From: a virus
Length of the DNA stretch: 42,966 bases
IMG/VR virus record: IMGVR_UViG_3300045988_127396
Coordinates: 1 to 42,966 of that record
Strand: one strand, 5' to 3'
Shown: piece by piece, positions 34,900 to 42,966 of the stretch
Layout of the letters: every line of letters begins with the position of its first letter
Position numbering within the stretch: the stretch's first letter is position 1
Position numbers and translations under genes: made by a program
Notes under the pieces: model-generated
What the model saw: the letters and a program-made list of their open reading frames with translations, nothing else
What the model was told of the DNA's origin: nothing
Databases searched by the model: none

Positions 34900-35323
34900 C
34901 CACCAGCTTGAACAAGTCTGAAATCTTATCTTCTTGACTACTGTTTTCTTTTTTATCTTCTCTTACTAAGTGTATCTTGTTTAATAAATCAGCAGCTTTC
35001 AACCTATCCTTTGCACTAACATCTATTTTAGTTATTTCTTGAAAGCCCATCCCTTTTCCAATTAATATTTCTTCTTTTTTCTCACCCCGCATTACAGAAG
35101 TTAAGTATTCCATTATCTCTTGTTGTGTTGCTGTTTTTTGTGACTCTATCACTTTTAACCGCTCATCGATATAATTTTTAATACCAACATTTGCCAACAA
35201 CTTGTGTGCTTGTTTTCTTGAGTAATTAGCTGAATATCCCGCTTTTAAAGCTGACTGCGCTACATTCCCGCTAATGATGTACTCATCAGCAAATTTTTGT
35301 TGTTTCAAATTAATTTTTACCAA
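34874..35323 (-). CDS. terS: Terminase small subunit
   Basis: N-terminal HTH KQQKFADEYIISGNVAQSALKAGYS. TTG start with RBS GAGGTG. Overlaps terL by 26 nt. Confidence 0.7.
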   Translation of the reverse strand: MVKINLKQQKFADEYIISGNVAQSALKAGYSANYSRKQAHKLLANVGIKNYIDERLKVIESQKTATQQEIMEYLTSVMRGEKKEEILIGKGMGFQEITKIDVSAKDRLKAADLLNKIHLVREDKKENSSQEDKISDLFKLVDGEINELK

Positions 35324-35342
35324 CTTTCCATCACCTCTTTTC

Positions 35343-35376
35343 TACATAATAAAAAAGCGCTATTTCAAGCGCTTTA
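35343..35376 (-). promoter_or_regulatory. Minus-strand intrinsic terminator hairpin (AAGCGCT-ATTTCA-AGCGCTT + U-run, 35350-35376) immediately followed by a TATTAT -10-like element (35343-35348), 20 nt before the terS start
   Basis: Seen in sequence. Candidate early-terminator/late-promoter junction. Confidence 0.35.
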
Positions 35377-35748
35377 TAAAGATTTGTATAAAAATAATTT
35401 ATGTTACATTCCAAAATAACAAATAAGAAGAAAAAATATTAATAAAAATTAGCTTATTATCAACAGATTTTTTTGTAATTGTTTAACGGAAAAACAAAGG
35501 TATTTTGGTATTTTATGCTTAATACGTTGTTTATATATAAAATTAAGTAAGTAATTATTACATGCTGGGAAATATTGTGGAAAACCCAACACATAACCAG
35601 AAATATATACATTTTTTAAAATGAAAAGGATCAATTATCTAACTCTAAACTCCTGCAACTAAGTTCAGTAATTAATTAATGGCTGCCTTTCCGTTAAATT
35701 CTTACAATACTATTATAGCACATAAAAACGGCTCAAATGGCTCAACTT

Positions 35749-36138
35749 TTATGAATTATTTATAATTGTTAAAAAATCTTCTAACAAGCTTTTCTGTTTA
35801 CGTTTAACCGTTGATATATGCATATGATATTTACAAGCAATATCATAAATTTTCATCCTTGGTTTAACCAAATACCTAGCGTGTACAAGTCTGTACTGTT
35901 CCTGGTCTAGCCCATCCAGAAAAGTATCGATACACTTTAGAATACGTTTATTTTCTTGATACTTCTTATTGTCTAACTTTTTAATTAAATTCCTTTCGTT
36001 CTCCCTTCCAGTCTTTTGAGTGCTTATTTCACTCTTATCACCTGGTTGGAAAGAGTTTAAAAGAAAGTCGTTACATTCAATCTTTATGTTGTTGTAGTTC
36101 TCTAAAAACCACTTAGCATCCTCTTTAGTGTAACCCAT
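35749..36138 (-). CDS. ArpU-family phage transcriptional regulator (late gene activator, sigma-70 region-4-like)
   Basis: 129 aa, immediately upstream of the packaging module. C-terminal KIYDIACKYHMHISTVKRKQKSL HTH. Confidence 0.65.
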   Translation of the reverse strand: MGYTKEDAKWFLENYNNIKIECNDFLLNSFQPGDKSEISTQKTGRENERNLIKKLDNKKYQENKRILKCIDTFLDGLDQEQYRLVHARYLVKPRMKIYDIACKYHMHISTVKRKQKSLLEDFLTIINNS

Positions 36139-36316
36139 TCACTTCATCCCTTTCAATAACAAACTCCGTGATCTCTAATTCTTCAATGAACTCTAGCACC
36201 CCAATTGCACGGGAGTCCATATATTTATCATTCAACTTTTCAGCCAGATCTTTAGAATTAATCACAATTTTGTTCTTATTCTTCTCGTCTAGTTTTGCTT
36301 TTAGTACAATCATCAA
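36125..36316 (-). CDS. Hypothetical protein (63 aa)
   Basis: ORF in the operon. No motifs. Confidence 0.3.
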   Translation of the reverse strand: MMIVLKAKLDEKNKNKIVINSKDLAEKLNDKYMDSRAIGVLEFIEELEITEFVIERDEVNGLH

Positions 36317-36755
36317 TTAACAACTCCTTTATTCTTTCCCCAAACTCCTTAATAAACGCCCCAGCAAGCTCCTCTGACTTAAGGCAAGGTAATAACCCTA
36401 AATGATTAATAGCGTGCCTTCTAGCTATATAGAAATGGCCAGTAGAGGGCGTTATTTCAATGCAATACTTATCCTGGTGAATATTACACCAATTAGGTTC
36501 CCATCCATCGTTATATATATTGGCCCAGTTCTCCATATCAAAGATTAAACGGCGTTTTTTATCATACTTAACAGCATCATCTTCAGTCTTAAACACTAAC
36601 CCACGTTTTACACTTTGAATAACAGTCCCTCGACCATATGCACTAGTCAACCAACAAGAACCATCTTTCTCCAGGATGTAATACTTGTTCAGTATCTCTT
36701 TTTCAATATCAGCTTTTTGTTTCAACATTTCTTTTACTTGTTCTTCCATTAGCAC
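36276..36755 (-). CDS. Hypothetical protein, tandem paralog 2 of 2
   Basis: Aligns with 36749-37258 over the C-terminal ~95 aa (W-A-x-x-x-NDGW-x-P-x-W...KY-I...F.KS.E.A...I..FG..IKE.L). Confidence 0.5.
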   Translation of the reverse strand: MLMEEQVKEMLKQKADIEKEILNKYYILEKDGSCWLTSAYGRGTVIQSVKRGLVFKTEDDAVKYDKKRRLIFDMENWANIYNDGWEPNWCNIHQDKYCIEITPSTGHFYIARRHAINHLGLLPCLKSEELAGAFIKEFGERIKELLIDDCTKSKTRREE

Positions 36756-37258
36756 AACACCTCTTTTATTTCATCTCCGAACAAGTCAATGCACTCTTGT
36801 GCTATTTCTCTAGACTTAAAGTAAGGTACTTTAGAAAATTCATTCGTCCAAAGCATATTCCCTGTATTAAAATTTTTTTCTTTATTTGAATAATATATAT
36901 AATATTTACCTTCGCTATAATCTTTCCAATCTGGCGCCCAACCATCATTTTTTAACTTAGCCCATTGGTGTAATTTAAATAATAATTTACGTTCTTTTAA
37001 ATGTTGTTCTGCTTCTTCTTTTGACTCAAAAAAGTAACCATGTTCAAATAAAAAATTACAATCTATATCATTTGTATAATAAACTGTAGTACTTATTCTC
37101 CCATCAGCACTATCTATATAATAAAAATCTTTTCTATCTTTAGGATAAGTCAGTTTAAACTCTTTCTTATCATCTAAACTAGCAATAAATTCATCTTTTA
37201 ACACTTTTAGTCTTCTGTCAATTTCTTTTAATAGTTCTTCTTTATCTTCTTTATTCAT
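36749..37258 (-). CDS. Hypothetical protein, tandem paralog 1 of 2
   Basis: See the paralog at 36276-36755. Confidence 0.5.
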   Translation of the reverse strand: MNKEDKEELLKEIDRRLKVLKDEFIASLDDKKEFKLTYPKDRKDFYYIDSADGRISTTVYYTNDIDCNFLFEHGYFFESKEEAEQHLKERKLLFKLHQWAKLKNDGWAPDWKDYSEGKYYIYYSNKEKNFNTGNMLWTNEFSKVPYFKSREIAQECIDLFGDEIKEVLC

Positions 37259-37392
37259 TGTTTTTCTCCTTATCTAAAACAGCTATTAGTTCTTCGTACG
37301 CTTTTTTAAAACTTGCTATTTCTCTTTTTCCAAACTCACGCCATAATTTACTTGGACTATCTCCAAATAATTTCAGTATCAAACTTATTAAT

Positions 37393-37542
37393 TTATTCAT
37401 GTAAACTAATACACAAATTCGCAACACCCCAGATCACTGTAAATAAATATACATCCTCTTTTTCAAATGTACGACCAAACAATTTATACAGCAACCCAAC
37501 CAACACCATCAATATTAACCATTCAAATAAATATCCTAGCAT
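37393..37542 (-). CDS. Putative small membrane protein (~49 aa, MLGYLFEWLILMVLVGLLYKLF...), not in the ORF track; end coordinate approximate (+/-1)
   Basis: RBS AGGATAAGGAG upstream of ATG at 37540-37542. Hydrophobic. Confidence 0.3.
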   Translation of the reverse strand: MLGYLFEWLILMVLVGLLYKLFGRTFEKEDVYLFTVIWGVANLCISLHE

Positions 37543-37880
37543 TCTAACAACTCCTTATCCTCGTATATATTACCAAGTACAACACAACCATCATGAGTAG
37601 TATCATCTAGTGGAATGCTTAATTTAGGTTTCTCATACTTAACCTTTGAACCAAGCATTTTATCTAATTTATTATCCCAATGATCTTTAATAACATACAA
37701 CTCAATAACATAAGCGCCATACTCATTCTTGCATATTATCCCTCTAAGCGTTCCAACATCATGATACTTACGTATGTATTCCACGATATTCCCAGTATAA
37801 ATATTGGCCCCGTGTTTATCTTTAAACCCCGTGTTATCCATTTCCATATTCTTATTCTTAGTTTGTAACATATTACTCAA
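37536..37880 (-). CDS. YopX-family protein
   Basis: DKHGANIYTGNIVEY ... VVLGNIYEDKELLE resembles the YopX consensus ending IGNIYENPELLE. Confidence 0.7.
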   Translation of the reverse strand: MSNMLQTKNKNMEMDNTGFKDKHGANIYTGNIVEYIRKYHDVGTLRGIICKNEYGAYVIELYVIKDHWDNKLDKMLGSKVKYEKPKLSIPLDDTTHDGCVVLGNIYEDKELLEC

Positions 37881-37896
37881 CCCTTTCTAGTTTTCT

Positions 37897-38094
37897 TTAC
37901 TTATCACCAACGAAAATAAGAATTTTTACTTTTTTCTCTGTAGGTATAACCTTAATATCAATAATTTCTTCAGTTTCCTTGTTAAACTCTTGTAAGTCAA
38001 TGAATGAATTATTAATATAATCTTCAATAAACCCTTTAACTCCGTCTACTGCATTACAATCTAGTTCTTCAATTCTATTTAATTTGTTAAACAT
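37897..38094 (-). CDS. Hypothetical protein (65 aa)
   Basis: ORF in the operon. Confidence 0.3.
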   Translation of the reverse strand: MFNKLNRIEELDCNAVDGVKGFIEDYINNSFIDLQEFNKETEEIIDIKVIPTEKKVKILIFVGDK

Positions 38095-38100
38095 ATCTTT

Positions 38101-38319
38101 CTAATCTCCTTGTTCTTCAATAATTTCATCTTCTTCATCATCTTCAACTTCTATAAGCACGTAAGAATTCCCATTCTTATACCTTTCGTTACCATAAGCC
38201 CAGATAGTGCTTTTAGGTTTACCAGTGTATCTGCAAATTTCTGGTATAGTTCCCATGCAAATGAAAGTATCTTGATGATAAAAAGCATAAATCTTTTTAT
38301 GAGTTTTTTTATTTGCCAT
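38101..38319 (-). CDS. Hypothetical protein (72 aa, acidic C-terminus)
   Basis: ORF in the operon. Confidence 0.35.
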   Translation of the reverse strand: MANKKTHKKIYAFYHQDTFICMGTIPEICRYTGKPKSTIWAYGNERYKNGNSYVLIEVEDDEEDEIIEEQGD

Positions 38320-38327
38320 ATTCCTTG

Positions 38328-38510
38328 TTACTCCTTTAAGAGTTCAAATTTCAAATTCACTAAGATTTTATATTTATCATCAGAAACCCACTGCGTATCA
38401 GCTAAGTAATAACCAAGCAGCTTCTTCAGTTTTATTTCCTGGATAATCTCCCACGGTGTAGGGTTATGTAATACGACTTTAATTACATCATGATCATTGT
38501 TATAACTCAT
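38328..38510 (-). CDS. Hypothetical protein (60 aa)
   Basis: ORF in the operon. Confidence 0.3.
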   Translation of the reverse strand: MSYNNDHDVIKVVLHNPTPWEIIQEIKLKKLLGYYLADTQWVSDDKYKILVNLKFELLKE

Positions 38511-38709
38511 AACCTTTCACCTCCAACGCTTCACATAGTTTCCTTAAGGTTCTATATCGACAATGTTCAACGCCCGTTCTTCTTAAATTCTTAATACTCC
38601 CAACAGCTAACCCAGTTTTTTCAGATAACTCAACCGCCGTTATTCCTTTTTCATGCATCACCTTATCGAACTTACTTCTAAACTTACGTTGTTTTTCCAT
38701 TGCCATCAC
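38500..38709 (-). CDS. Small HTH DNA-binding protein
   Basis: GITAVELSEKTGLAVGSIKNLRRTG HTH. Confidence 0.55.
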   Translation of the reverse strand: MMAMEKQRKFRSKFDKVMHEKGITAVELSEKTGLAVGSIKNLRRTGVEHCRYRTLRKLCEALEVKGYEL

Positions 38710-39103
38710 CTTCCTTTTCTTCTAGTTCCCAGGCCATCAACTTATCAACATGGTTTTTCATTTGCTCGACCATATAACTCTCAAAGTCAAAGCCCAGTTC
38801 TGTTTGTAATGTTTCTAGCATCATTTCACGATCATAATAACGACCGCTTCTCCAATCTAGTGTTACATCCAGGTACCTATCCAAGAAATCAATCAATCTT
38901 TTCTTACCAAAATGATAATCTTGTCTTAAAGTCCACGCTATTGCCAATGCACAATCAACAAACATTACTTTCTTTTCTAAGTTCACCAAGCTGGCCAGAT
39001 CCTTAGCACGTTTATTAAAGGCCATTTCTTCTTGGATACGTTCCTGGGTGCTAATTCTTTTTTTATCTTGTTTACTCTTTTTCTTCTTAATCTTCTTAAC
39101 CAT
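38684..39103 (-). CDS. Hypothetical protein (139 aa, basic N-terminus)
   Basis: ORF in the operon. Confidence 0.4.
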   Translation of the reverse strand: MVKKIKKKKSKQDKKRISTQERIQEEMAFNKRAKDLASLVNLEKKVMFVDCALAIAWTLRQDYHFGKKRLIDFLDRYLDVTLDWRSGRYYDREMMLETLQTELGFDFESYMVEQMKNHVDKLMAWELEEKEGDGNGKTT

Positions 39104-39120
39104 TGTTATCCTACCTTCTC

Positions 39121-39528
39121 TTACAGTTCGTAAGCTTTCACAAAAACACCACTGATTTTATCATACCTTTTTTCACTAACGATCTTGCTTACATGTGAGT
39201 CATCCTTCCAGAACCCCATGTAAGTCATCCTATCAATAAAAGTCTTAGCTAAGTTGTCAGCATCTGGCTTAACCACATGATAGTCACCAGGTACCTTATC
39301 TTTCTCCACTGGAAAGCACCAATACAATTCAACACCAATAGGAGCATTTAACATTTCATCTTTATGTTTAGGAGCAAACCCAGCAAGACCATTTTCAAAA
39401 ATGCTTTTTGCTTCTTTTAATCTTGGTGAGTCAAAAATAATTGGTTTACCATTTTTAACTGAAATAATTTTATCCTGGTGAGTTACCTTTGGAATTTTTT
39501 TCAGTGGGACAAAAAACTGAATTGACAT
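39121..39528 (-). CDS. rusA: RusA-family Holliday junction resolvase
   Basis: KPDADNLAKTFIDRMTYMGFWKDDSHV matches the RusA catalytic motif (RRDLDNLQKAAFDALT...FWLDDAQV in E. coli RusA). Confidence 0.7.
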   Translation of the reverse strand: MSIQFFVPLKKIPKVTHQDKIISVKNGKPIIFDSPRLKEAKSIFENGLAGFAPKHKDEMLNAPIGVELYWCFPVEKDKVPGDYHVVKPDADNLAKTFIDRMTYMGFWKDDSHVSKIVSEKRYDKISGVFVKAYEL

Positions 39529-39589
39529 TTTTAATTTTCACTTCCTTAACTCCATTTTATTTTTTTACCATTTTCCATTTTTTATTTTT

Positions 39590-39850
39590 GTCCTTCTTGG
39601 ACGTTGGCGGGGTGAACTGGACGGGGGTGGCACAGACATGGTGGGGTGGTTTTTAACCCCACCTGTTCTGTACACCTCGTTCAGTCTGTTCACATCCATC
39701 CTAACACATATATCTTTGATATATGGCTTTTCCCGTCTGGACAAGACTTAAAAAAAGTAGTGTTGTCTTGTCTGGACACGACTTAAATTTTTAAGTGTTG
39801 TCCGTGATGGACAACTTGGACACGACTTAAATTTTTAAGTGTTGTCCGTC
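39590..39850. repeat. Putative replication origin. GC-rich segment with 8-bp stem-loop GGTGGGGT/ACCCCACC (39590-39690), AT palindrome ATATATC-TTT-GATATAT (~39713-39729) and three ~34-bp dyad-containing iterons (~39741-39850; two copies share 32 identical bp GGACACGACTTAAATTTTTAAGTGTTGTCCGT)
   Basis: Direct and inverted repeats read from the sequence. Located immediately downstream of the primase/helicase gene. Confidence 0.5.
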
Positions 39851-42097
39851 TTATTTTTCGACCATTTTTATTGTTTCTGAATTCTTATCGAACCAAAATT
39901 TTTTACTATTTTTTAATTTTCTATCTATAGTTTTTACGCTTACACCTAAGTAATCAGCAACCATTTTTTTTGTTGGTGCTTCACCGAACGAACAATTTTC
40001 TATGGCCGTTTCAAACTCTAGCATGCTTTCTAGGTTCTTTTCTTCAGCTTGTTTTTGTCTTCCTTTTTTAGCTTTAACAACCTTATCATTGCTATCAGCT
40101 TCTAAGTCAGATAACACCCCAACATCATCAATGGTATGTTTTGGATAATTAAACCATATATTGACTGGTTCGAACTTTGCAAACTCCCTTAGAGTACCTT
40201 CAACGCGCCAAGCTGTACGTTGTTTAACCTTAGCTTCTATCTCCTTGGCTTGCGCTCTAATCTCCATTAAATGGCCGCTTAGACTCTGTTCAGCATGGTA
40301 TTTCATCTTCTCGTAATCATAATGATCATCCATACCAATTTTCGTTGTGTAATACTTATTGTTAAGGGTTCTAATTCTTTCTTCATAGAACTTAACCAAC
40401 TCATTATTAATTTCAGTCTTAAGCAGTGTTTCTGGAATTTCCAACTCCACCAGGTCAACTAATGCATCTGGATCCCTTGCAAACACTCCACTACCACTGG
40501 CCCTATCCATTGATTTTTTACCACCTTGTGAACCTTTAGAATGATGGTGACAATAAATAACTGAACATCCTAATTCAGTGGCCACCTTATCAAATTGGTT
40601 AGTAAAATGTGCCATCTGGTCAGCGCTGTTTTCATCTCCAGTAAGAACCTTGTATATAGGATCTATAATTACAGCCGTGTAATTCTTCTTGTGCGCCCTT
40701 CTGATTAGTTTCGGTGCCAACTTATCCATTGGTACTGTTTTCCCTCTTAGGTTCCATATATGCACGTTCTGTAAGTTGTTAGCACTAAGCCCCATGCTCG
40801 TGTACACATCTTTAAATCTATGTAAACAACTGGCTCTATCTAGTTCTAAGTTCACATACAATACACGACCTTGCGCACATTCCCAGTTAAGCCACTTCTT
40901 ACCTTCAGCAATGGCAATGGCCATCTCTATTAGTGCAAAACTCTTACCAGCTTTAGAAGGCCCAGCGATTAGCATTTTATGGCCTTGTCTAAGCACTCCT
41001 TTAATTAATTCTGGTGCTAAGTCTGGCATATCGTCCCAGAAGTCTTCTAAATTCTCTGGATCTGGTAAATCATCGTTTAAATCTTCTATATATTCAAACC
41101 ATTCATCCCAGCTTTGCTTACCTATGTTAGTATCTATTAAGAATTGTTTACGACCGTTTCTAATTACCCCAGGCATACGACTTAAACGCGATGGGTTTTT
41201 ATTTTGAGTATCGACCGCTAAGCCATTCTTAGCGCATACTTTATATAAGTAATCAACACGCTTCTGGTACTCGTGATAATCTCTAGCATCTATCTTAACT
41301 ATTGCATGTACTGACTTGCCACCACTATGTACAAGACACGCTACTGGTAACTCTAACTCACGGATAATAGCGTTTTGTTGTGATATGCTTGTTCTATCAC
41401 TTTCAACAAGTGCATACCTAAATTCTGTTACGTTATCATTCTTAACACCTTTACCATCAAGAGGGTTAAACCTTATCCAAGCCCCCGCTTCTTTATTGTA
41501 ATCTCCAATAACAAAACCTATATCATCTTTATACTTGTGCAACTTTTCTATTAAGTGGCCAGCTGTTCTATCAAAAACACCTTTCTTGGGTTTGTGAACC
41601 GTGTTACCTTCTTTATCTTCTAATGGATAAGTTTCGGTTACAAAACCAACATTCTCTGTACTCTGGAAAAGTGTTTCTAAATAAGTAATCAGTTCTTGGG
41701 CTGGTTGCCAATGTGTTGGCTCTTGTATCTCTTTTCCTTCTATCCAGCTTTTATCGATGAACTTATAATCACCATCGTTATTAATTTCATCATCCCAATT
41801 AAGTGCATGTGAGTTTTCAAAGTCCATATACATTGGTGAATATCCATTCTCAACAGCCATCTGATATATCGTTCCACCAGTAACGGGCTTACCAGCGCTA
41901 GAACCCTGGAAAGTTTCCCATTTTCTAAAACATTCACCAGGTTTGTACCTTGGATCAGACTGCGACCATTGATCCCACTCTTGTGCTGTTAAGCCTTCAT
42001 GTTTCATGGCCATTCCCACGTTAACCCATTCTTGATAATCAAGAATAGCAGGGTTAATGTATTCTAATAATTCTATTAAATTGTTTTTGTTATCCAT
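39851..42097 (-). CDS. Replication protein: AEP-type primase(-polymerase) fused to a P-loop (AAA_25/RepA-like) ATPase, with PriCT-2-like N-terminus and C-terminal HTH
   Basis: N-terminal W..VG.AL..EG......W..WS segment. LVHSGGKSVHAIV (AEP motif). Walker A LIAGPSKAGKSFAL. C-terminal MVADYLGVSVKTIDRKL. Confidence 0.75.
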   Translation of the reverse strand: MDNKNNLIELLEYINPAILDYQEWVNVGMAMKHEGLTAQEWDQWSQSDPRYKPGECFRKWETFQGSSAGKPVTGGTIYQMAVENGYSPMYMDFENSHALNWDDEINNDGDYKFIDKSWIEGKEIQEPTHWQPAQELITYLETLFQSTENVGFVTETYPLEDKEGNTVHKPKKGVFDRTAGHLIEKLHKYKDDIGFVIGDYNKEAGAWIRFNPLDGKGVKNDNVTEFRYALVESDRTSISQQNAIIRELELPVACLVHSGGKSVHAIVKIDARDYHEYQKRVDYLYKVCAKNGLAVDTQNKNPSRLSRMPGVIRNGRKQFLIDTNIGKQSWDEWFEYIEDLNDDLPDPENLEDFWDDMPDLAPELIKGVLRQGHKMLIAGPSKAGKSFALIEMAIAIAEGKKWLNWECAQGRVLYVNLELDRASCLHRFKDVYTSMGLSANNLQNVHIWNLRGKTVPMDKLAPKLIRRAHKKNYTAVIIDPIYKVLTGDENSADQMAHFTNQFDKVATELGCSVIYCHHHSKGSQGGKKSMDRASGSGVFARDPDALVDLVELEIPETLLKTEINNELVKFYEERIRTLNNKYYTTKIGMDDHYDYEKMKYHAEQSLSGHLMEIRAQAKEIEAKVKQRTAWRVEGTLREFAKFEPVNIWFNYPKHTIDDVGVLSDLEADSNDKVVKAKKGRQKQAEEKNLESMLEFETAIENCSFGEAPTKKMVADYLGVSVKTIDRKLKNSKKFWFDKNSETIKMVEK

Positions 42098-42112
42098 TCT
42101 TGACTTCCTTTA

Positions 42113-42241
42113 TCATTTTTTTCTATGCTTCGCTCTTTTATCTCTAACGATTGAAACTATAAAACTTACTATCATTACAACCGCTATAATGAAACTTACT
42201 ATATCTAGTGCATATAATATGTCGTATATTACATTCTGCAT
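42113..42241 (-). CDS. Putative 42-aa single-TM peptide MQNVIYDILYALDIVSFIIAVVMIVSFIVSIVRDKRAKHRKK, not in the ORF track
   Basis: Fills the gap between MTase and primase. Confidence 0.3.
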   Translation of the reverse strand: MQNVIYDILYALDIVSFIIAVVMIVSFIVSIVRDKRAKHRKK

Positions 42242-42262
42242 TTTTAAATGTCCTTATTCTTT

Positions 42263-42966
42263 TTATTTTAATCTTTTAGCTATTTCTTCTATTACATTCA
42301 CTGTAACGCTATTGCCAGCTTGCTTGTATAATTGGCTGTTACTGTTAACAGCTTGCGCTTTGTCAAACGTCCAATCGGGAAAGCCTTGTAATCTCCAACA
42401 CTCGCGTGGTGTAAGTTTCCTAATCTTGTAATCTGAAAGCACAACCCCTTGTTCATCGCTTGTAAGTAGTGTATTAGCGATGTTTTTTCCTACTCGACCA
42501 CGGCGGGTTTTTGAGTTGGGATGTGAGAAATTGATACTATCTCCAACATCAGCCACCGCATATCCTTGTTTTGTTGCTTCTTTGACTAGTACACCATGTC
42601 TGTCTTGTGTTGTTATTGTAAACATTGGTTCACCATTTGTTTTGAACCTTCTACCATTTTGTCTTTTTTCTTCTCTATCTGGAGTAAGTACTGGTATAAC
42701 AATTTTTGGTTCTCTCCCACCACCTTGCATTGTGTTTAAAGTTGGTGAAATTCCATTAATATCATACACTCTAGTAACTTGCGGGTTTCCTCCGAAATTA
42801 TCGCTTTTACCTATATTACCTACTTGGTTTATTTCTCCATCAGTATTAAATTTCTCGTTTTCTCCTCCGATAGGAAATACTCTGTAGGTACATTTTCCTC
42901 TAAGATGTGCAATAATGAACACTCGTTCTCTGTTTTGTGGCACTCCAAAATTTTTGCTGTTAAGCA
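42263..42966 (-). CDS. DNA (cytosine-5)-methyltransferase, C-terminal part (target recognition domain and motifs IX/X); N-terminal part is at 1-494
   Basis: Continuous with the 1-494 translation across the 55-nt terminal overlap (...QNRERVFIIAHLRGKCTYRVFPIGG...). Confidence 0.85.
   Translation of the reverse strand, partial: LNSKNFGVPQNRERVFIIAHLRGKCTYRVFPIGGENEKFNTDGEINQVGNIGKSDNFGGNPQVTRVYDINGISPTLNTMQGGGREPKIVIPVLTPDREEKRQNGRRFKTNGEPMFTITTQDRHGVLVKEATKQGYAVADVGDSINFSHPNSKTRRGRVGKNIANTLLTSDEQGVVLSDYKIRKLTPRECWRLQGFPDWTFDKAQAVNSNSQLYKQAGNSVTVNVIEEIAKRLK

Noticed and set aside
35449-35634. 61-aa minus-strand ORF in the AT-rich region upstream of terS
   Set aside because: Low-complexity translation, no RBS. 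Region is better explained as late promoter/cos-pac non-coding DNA.
37313-37600. 95-aa plus-strand ORF
   Set aside because: Antisense to a tightly packed minus-strand operon and overlapping a minus-strand small ORF with good RBS. Low-complexity product, no RBS.
39590-39690. GC-rich island examined as a possible tRNA or G-quadruplex
   Set aside because: No tRNA-like cloverleaf or T-loop consensus. Only three runs of at least three G, so a canonical G4 is not supported. Retained only as part of the putative ori.

Overview
The window is a complete, circularly permuted genome (~42.9 kb unit; bases 1-55 repeat 42912-42966) of a temperate siphovirus (Caudoviricetes). Low GC content, GAGG-type RBSs and the gene repertoire point to a low-GC Gram-positive (Lactobacillales-type) host. 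Almost every gene is on the minus strand, so the phage map reads from high to low coordinates.

Read in phage order, the modules are:
- Lysogeny operon on the + strand (9618-12147): a CI/ImmR-like repressor, an ImmA metalloprotease, a coiled-coil ORF and a tyrosine integrase. Candidate attP regions lie downstream of int (12148-12378, where a 21-bp repeat occurs) or upstream (10940-11090).
- Genetic switch (9437-9600): divergent near-consensus promoters with a palindromic operator in the spacer of the cro-like promoter.
- Early region (9436 down to 5567): a cro-like gene, an embedded HTH/divergent-gene cassette, a MazG-like protein, and a striking tandem array of paralogous XRE-family HTH genes.
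- Recombination/replication module: DUF3310, an SMC-like ATPase, a Sak4-like ATPase, a DUF669-like protein, an SF2 helicase, an orphan C5-cytosine methyltransferase that spans the window junction, an AEP primase fused to a P-loop ATPase, an iteron-type origin and RusA.
- Small early/middle genes: a YopX protein, a tandem paralog pair and an ArpU-like late regulator.
- Structural and lysis genes: TerS/TerL, portal, Mu-F-like minor head protein, scaffold, capsid, head-tail connectors, major tail protein, G/GT chaperones with a -1 frameshift at TTTTTTC, tape measure, Dit, a 1556-aa Tal with a C-terminal S74-type self-cleaving chaperone domain, a holin-like protein, a receptor-binding protein with tandem repeats, holin and an amidase endolysin.

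The most interesting unexplained element is an autonomous moron cassette between the endolysin and int (12378-13341). It has its own consensus promoter, two small hydrophobic peptides and a 156-aa protein with an HTH-like N-terminus, is flanked by terminators, and carries a possible antisense promoter. I regard it as a candidate prophage-encoded defence or toxin-like system.

No tRNA, rRNA or CRISPR array was seen.
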